Assembly: GCA_045533905.1 (NCBI GenBank)
Contig: JAZSIR010000001.1
Span: forward strand, 64,001-128,000
Direction: 5' to 3'
Length of the DNA: 64,000 bases
Origin: Clostridia bacterium
Lineage (GTDB): Bacteria; Bacillota; Clostridia; UMGS1883; UMGS1540
Positions within the stretch are counted from its first letter, which is position 1, and each line of letters begins with the position of its first letter. The notes beneath the pieces were generated by a model. It had not been told where the DNA came from. It ran no database searches and worked only from the letters and a program-made list of their open reading frames with translations. Both the position numbers and the translations under genes were made by a program. Shown piece by piece: positions 61,993 to 64,000 of the stretch.

Positions 61993-62300
61993 ACTCGTGT
62001 CAAGTCAGGAGAACAGTGAATAATAAGAACCATCACGAAATATAACGAAATCAAAGATTTCTATATTTCGGAGAACCTTGATACTCGCAAGCTCGTATTA
62101 GGACCTACTAACTTTTCCCTATTTTTTCAACTGTTTTTCTTTTAACACTTTTCCTTAGAACCCGCGAGAATACTGGATTTTCTCGCTCCCGATAGTATAT
62201 ATAAATATTTAAAATCGTCAAACTAATCTTTTAAATTGTATGGACTTGACACGAGTAATTCTATTCCCAAACAACATAACCGTACCTTTGTTTCAAATAC
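61993..62300. repeat. conserved non-coding module, copy 2, with 14-bp inverted D sites
   Basis: actcgtgtcaagtc (61993-62006) and gacttgacacgagt (62243-62256) are perfect inverted repeats; homologous to 40548-40770, with a 75-nt insertion at 62026-62100. Confidence 0.85.
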
Positions 62301-62325
62301 CCTTGTTTCCCTTTAAAACAGGTCA

Positions 62326-63009
62326 TTACTCTGCAATTTTTAAGCCATCATTAAAATAATCTATAATTTGTTGTTCGTATTTTACAATATCTAACTCAGG
62401 TGATAGTTCAATAACTCTTGAGTATGAGTCAATAGATGAACTATTTAATTCGTAAATGCCATCATTTAAGTATTCCTGTAAAAGTTGGGATAATGTTTGA
62501 TACATATGCGTTAATTCACCATGAAGAACAACACCTACTTGCCATGCTTCATCTTCAGGAATATTAGAAAGTATACCATCTAGCTTTTGATCATACAAAT
62601 ATATTTGAGTAAGATACAAATTTATATTTTCATCGAAAAGAAACCGATTTTGAGAAGTAAACTGATGAAATTTAGTTGCCCATTCTCCAAATGTATTATG
62701 ATCTTTTAAAATAGTACAACAACTACTAACTGAACCATTATATCCAACTAAATTTTGTGCCAAATCAGATTCATTTGTTTGAAACACCAATATTGGCTCT
62801 TGAACAATTTCTAACAATTCAGTAGTTACATCAATCTTTTTTTCAGCAACTTTTGCTCTTAATTTTATTTGTTCGACTTTTTTTGTACTGTTAATATCAA
62901 TGATATCAGCTATATAAAAGCCAAGAAAAAGTTCTATAATAATAAGCATACAAGAAATTGTAACCTTAAAAATTTTACTATTAGCCAGAATTTCAACTAT
63001 CTTTCTCAT
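62326..63009 (-). CDS. hypothetical AT-rich membrane-anchored protein
   Basis: 227-aa ORF with an N-terminal TM segment and AAGGAG RBS; passenger gene of island 3. Confidence 0.7.
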   Translation of the reverse strand: MRKIVEILANSKIFKVTISCMLIIIELFLGFYIADIIDINSTKKVEQIKLRAKVAEKKIDVTTELLEIVQEPILVFQTNESDLAQNLVGYNGSVSSCCTILKDHNTFGEWATKFHQFTSQNRFLFDENINLYLTQIYLYDQKLDGILSNIPEDEAWQVGVVLHGELTHMYQTLSQLLQEYLNDGIYELNSSSIDSYSRVIELSPELDIVKYEQQIIDYFNDGLKIAE

Positions 63010-63052
63010 CAGTTATTTCTCCTTTTTCTTCTGAAATTTACTCTCAACATTT

Positions 63053-63084
63053 TTCGACACAATTCGACTTTTGTCAAGTCGGGA
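63053..63084 (-). promoter_or_regulatory. site D (TTGACA) overlapping tandem 0A-box-like motifs
   Basis: acttttgtcaagtcggga (63067-63084, 15/18 match to D); minus strand AGTCGAA-ttg-TGTCGAA at 63053-63069. Confidence 0.5.
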
Positions 63085-63092
63085 CTAAAAAA

Positions 63093-63419
63093 CTACTCGT
63101 TTTCCGCATCTTCATCCAGTGCTTCGAGGTAAAAACTTACGGGTCTAAATCCGTCATTGCACGAAATCATAGCCGATTTGGGGTTTTTCATCCATCCGTC
63201 GTAGAAATTCTGACCGCCATGCGCCAAAGCCATCACAAAAGGAGACATGCTTTCCCAAGCACTGTTACAAAGTCCATGAGGTTTTTCCCAGCCGTTTGCA
63301 ATAAAGACTTGTCCTTCGCTTAAATCACAGGCGTGTTCTATTGGGTTTTCATATTTTTCTATCAAATCATCATACCGTGCCATTCGGACTACGGTAATTT
63401 TACATTTCTTCATACCCAT
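63093..63419 (-). CDS. TIGR04076 family protein
   Basis: KCKITV, HAC…GQVF, PHGLCNSAW, SCNDGFRPVSF. Confidence 0.85.
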   Translation of the reverse strand: MGMKKCKITVVRMARYDDLIEKYENPIEHACDLSEGQVFIANGWEKPHGLCNSAWESMSPFVMALAHGGQNFYDGWMKNPKSAMISCNDGFRPVSFYLEALDEDAENE

Positions 63420-63455
63420 TCGCCTTCCTTAAAACTAAAATTACGGACGTTTTTC

Positions 63456-64000
63456 TTACAGTCTTCTTGTAACCTTTTCGATTTTCTCCATAAAGAAGGC
63501 TTCGTAGCGGTCTTCGTCAAGTGCGGTGCGGATTTGTTCCATAAGGTGGTTATAGAAATAGAGGTTATGGAGTACGCAAAGGCGCATACCGAGCATCTCC
63601 CCTGCGCGGAGAAGGTGACGGATATAGGCACGCGAATACCGCTGACAGGCAGGGCACTCGCACCCTTCCTCAATCGGCGCGGGATCGCGCATATATTTAG
63701 CATTATTGAGATTTATAATGCCTTCGTTTGTGAACATATAGCCGTGGCGCGCGTTTCGGCTCGGCATAACGCAGTCGAAAAAGTCGATACCGCGGCGAAC
63801 GCCTTCCAAAATATTGGCAGGTGTGCCGACGCCCATAAGATAGCGCGGACGGTCTTTCGGCATAAACGGCTCTACCGCGTCAATAATGCGGTACATATCC
63901 TCGTGGCTCTCACCAACTGCAAGACCGCCGATGGCATAGCCCGGTAAATCGAGCTTTGCAATTTCTTTCATATGTTCGACGCGAAGGTCGGCATACGTGC
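63456..64000 (-). CDS. tgt: tRNA-guanine transglycosylase (3' part; start lies outside the window)
   Basis: AIGGLAVGE, PRYLMGVG, DFFDCVMPSRNARHG, CECPAC Zn site, LHNL. Confidence 0.95.
   Translation of the reverse strand, partial: TYADLRVEHMKEIAKLDLPGYAIGGLAVGESHEDMYRIIDAVEPFMPKDRPRYLMGVGTPANILEGVRRGIDFFDCVMPSRNARHGYMFTNEGIINLNNAKYMRDPAPIEEGCECPACQRYSRAYIRHLLRAGEMLGMRLCVLHNLYFYNHLMEQIRTALDEDRYEAFFMEKIEKVTRRL

Noticed and set aside
61993-62256. Simple MITE with 14-bp terminal inverted repeats
   Set aside because: Not adopted as the main reading: no target-site duplication is visible and homology with copy 1 extends about 40 bp beyond the right repeat. It remains an alternative.

Overview
This 64 kb window looks like chromosomal DNA from a Clostridia-type Firmicute (SLH protein, GGAGG-type ribosome-binding sites, Spo0A-like boxes, tandem glycine riboswitch). 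It is mostly minus-strand housekeeping and carbohydrate genes: trxB, purC, gdhA, ald, tgt, fucI, GH42/GH35/GH95, many SGNH esterases, and MATE/MFS/NCS2/AGCS transporters. Three visibly AT-rich accessory islands interrupt it (~22.4-30.4 kb, ~40.5-43.3 kb, ~62.0-63.4 kb). The main finding is in these islands: most individual genes are bracketed by short repeated sites of four classes (A-D). These include a perfect 31-bp direct repeat around one gene and 27-bp repeats around a DUF559/REP unit. A GACTTGACACGAG-type site recurs in all three islands. Islands 2 and 3 also share a ~220-300 bp non-coding module with a covarying hairpin but carry unrelated passenger genes. The pattern suggests an integron-like single-gene cassette system acting in trans, since no recombinase or transposase is encoded in the window. 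Several gene remnants and deletion fusions show active decay. All family assignments come from motif recognition by eye, not database searches. No rRNA, tRNA or CRISPR array was seen.
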